From Cyanidioschyzon merolae (taxonomy: Eukaryota): a DNA stretch of 64,000 nt. The notes beneath the pieces are model-generated. The model saw only the letters and a program-made list of their open reading frames with translations. It searched no databases and had not been told where the DNA came from. The stretch lies in the NCBI GenBank assembly GCA_000091205.1, contig AP006498.2; one strand, written 5' to 3'. The translations under genes were made by a program, and so were the position numbers. Shown in pieces: positions 62,427 to 64,000 of the stretch (position 1 is the first letter of the stretch; every line of letters begins with the position of its first letter).

Positions 62427-63002
62427 TCATCGGAAAAGTCGCAGTTTAGGAAAGTACCCTCGAAGCCGAGACCGCGGCCCCGGTGCGGTTGCCAACGCAG
62501 TGGAAACGGCTTCGGGTTGCTCGGTCCAGACAACGTGCTCGATTCCATCGACCTCAAGCGCCTGCGCAATATCCTGTATCGCCTTCTCGTCAGGTGCTTC
62601 TAATACCAATGTCCGCATCTGTGTACCTTGAGCTTCCTCACAGTAAAGCTGAACATGAGGGCTCTGTTCCCGAAAACGCCACACTGCAGCAACCGCAGCG
62701 TGAACGCCTTGCGCTATAACAGCTCCAGTCGGCCAGTTGAACGGTGCCTGTAATAGATCACGTCGGACGACAACGTACTGCACCAGTGGATCCGTAGATT
62801 GGCTCATCATCGTCAGGTTGCCCGCAAAAACGTTTCTTCGACGGGAGCAGATGCACTTTTTCGGCGGGGATAGCCAATGCGTCGTCCAAGGAACGATCCA
62901 GCCACAGCTCCGCCAAGGTGCGCTCCTGACCATGCACGAGCAGCTGGAGTAGCAGCAGTGAGCAGCGAGCGAAGAAGCACTAGGAGAGGTAGTCGCAAGC
63001 AA
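62427..63002 (-). CDS. PTRHD1-like peptidyl-tRNA hydrolase (PTH2-fold) domain protein
   Basis: LVQYVVVRRDLLQAPFNWPTGAVIAQGVHAAVAAVW ... QGTQMRTLVLEAPDEKAIQDIAQALEVDGIEHVVWTEQPEAVSTALATAPGP ... YFPKLRLFR colinear with PTRHD1 (VQYVVLRRDL..WPLGAVVAQACHA..KVVLEAPDE..EQPENI..ALRP..YLKKFRLFK). Confidence 0.6.
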   Translation of the reverse strand: MLATTSPSASSLAAHCCYSSCSCMVRSAPWRSCGWIVPWTTHWLSPPKKCICSRRRNVFAGNLTMMSQSTDPLVQYVVVRRDLLQAPFNWPTGAVIAQGVHAAVAAVWRFREQSPHVQLYCEEAQGTQMRTLVLEAPDEKAIQDIAQALEVDGIEHVVWTEQPEAVSTALATAPGPRSRLRGYFPKLRLFR

Positions 63003-63366
63003 CAGCTTCGGCTGCTAAAGCCAGCAGGGCGCTTTCGCTATCACACCCTGCGAACGCTTTTTAGCGTGTATCAGAGACAGTTGTTTCTCAAAAATCAAAA
63101 AAAAGCTTGCCTCAACAAGAAGCTCTATCTTAATGTAGAGGCTGCTGCTGAAATGACGAATGTTCATGCAATCGTCTCGTCGGGTGCACTGGCGTTTGAG
63201 GCACTCGCGCCCGACTGGCCACCGACTTGGCTTCTGGGGCGGTATCGCTACCTCGTTTCAACCGCGCAAGACGACGCTTACGAGACCTCGGGAGCGTTGA
63301 ACGCTACCTCCAAATCTTGCCAACAATTCACGACGTTTTCTGTGAGGATATTTCGCCGCCCCCTCA

Positions 63367-64000
63367 ATGGAGCGAGGAATCCCGGAGGAGATACTGCGAG
63401 AGTCGACAGACGCCATCGCACAGCGTGCACGTCTCATTGAAAACGAGGTGCGTGAACTCCGGCGTGAGGAAGAACGGCTTCGTCGCGAAATCCAATCCCT
63501 AAACGAGAGAGTGAAAGAGAATGAGGAGAAGATCAAGCTCAACGCTCAGTTACCGTTCTTAGTCGCGCATGTTGTGGAAGTGCTCACGCCGGCCGCTTTG
63601 AAGCGAGCGCCCCCGTCGCTCACCGGGCCAGGAACGCAGAGTGCGCCACACGCTGAGACGGCCTTAGCAACGCAGCCGAATGGTAGTGTTTCGGAAACTC
63701 AAGGCGAAGCAAGGAACCAGCGTTTGGGCTCGGGTGCACGCGGAGGGAGCGACCTCATCAACCGGAGCTCCGGTATCACCAGCGAGACCCAGACCCCGGG
63801 CGCTGCCGATCACGAAGACGACCTTGACGACGCTGAGGAGGATGAAGGCGCTGCTCAAGAGTCGGATGCCAATCAGCAGTCACCTGCGGTCGTTGTGAAG
63901 ACTTCCACCCGACAAACAGTGTTTTTGCCCATCCCTGGACTGGTTGATGTCTCCGAGCTCCGCCCTGGTGACCTCGTCGGGGTCAACAAGGACAGCTATT
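63367..64000 (+). CDS. RPT5: 26S proteasome regulatory ATPase subunit Rpt5 (PSMC3/TBP1), 5' part; continues beyond window; contains about 100-aa low-complexity insertion
   Basis: [67 protein letters not shown] and [37 protein letters not shown] match Rpt5 N-terminal coiled-coil and OB segments ([21 protein letters not shown] ... [37 protein letters not shown]); open to the end of the window, hence absent from the ORF track. Confidence 0.75.
   Translation, partial: MERGIPEEILRESTDAIAQRARLIENEVRELRREEERLRREIQSLNERVKENEEKIKLNAQLPFLVAHVVEVLTPAALKRAPPSLTGPGTQSAPHAETALATQPNGSVSETQGEARNQRLGSGARGGSDLINRSSGITSETQTPGAADHEDDLDDAEEDEGAAQESDANQQSPAVVVKTSTRQTVFLPIPGLVDVSELRPGDLVGVNKDSY

Overview
GC-rich (~57-60%), intron-poor nuclear DNA from a plastid-bearing eukaryote. 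Plastid-related nuclear genes are present: glutamate-1-semialdehyde aminomutase with an N-terminal presequence, a Toc34-type import GTPase, a phytoene-desaturase-family flavoprotein and a cyclophilin-like protein. Very long genes (a 2386-aa Sec7 ARF-GEF and a 1730-aa FG-nucleoporin) are encoded as single uninterrupted ORFs at roughly one gene per 2.5 kb. Inferred source: a red-alga-like or prasinophyte-like alga (not proven). Supported genes (ORF start..end as given in the track; true start codons uncertain): coiled-coil protein; cyclophilin-like protein; Nup214/Nup159-like FG-nucleoporin; SET-domain protein; sterol 24-C-methyltransferase; organellar ribosomal protein uL2; acyl-CoA-binding protein; multi-pass membrane protein; BIG/GBF-like Sec7 ARF-GEF; ZIP metal transporter; 6x C2H2 zinc-finger protein; Toc34-like GTPase; GSA aminomutase; DUF155/RMD1-family protein; an exonuclease-endonuclease-phosphatase-fold protein; Myb/SANT protein; WD40 protein; PDS-family FAD oxidoreductase; Pro/Gln-rich protein; HYPK-like protein; KDPG/KHG aldolase (Eda family); PTRHD1-like peptidyl-tRNA hydrolase; and the 5' part of 26S proteasome ATPase Rpt5 at the window end. 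The most interesting content is a family of Fanzor-like (eukaryotic TnpB / OMEGA-type RuvC nuclease) elements. One nearly full-length copy lies at about 19.0-21.2 kb, with GxDPG RuvC-I, a Cys/His cluster and a C-terminal RDxNAAxNI-type RuvC-III motif. Two decayed about 1.5-kb copies lie at 13.8-15.3 kb and 44.2-45.6 kb. An inverted (palindromic) pair of 3' fragments lies at 22.5-23.2 kb. All five share a conserved non-coding tail beyond the RuvC-III motif that is conserved at the nucleotide level but not the protein level; it is a candidate omegaRNA scaffold / transposon right end. Other notable items: a tRNA-Asp(GTC)-like gene that is 111 nt long and consistent with multiple introns; a 62-bp tandem array with an embedded hairpin; several short duplications and microsatellites; long low-complexity insertions inside otherwise conserved proteins (uL2, Rpt5).
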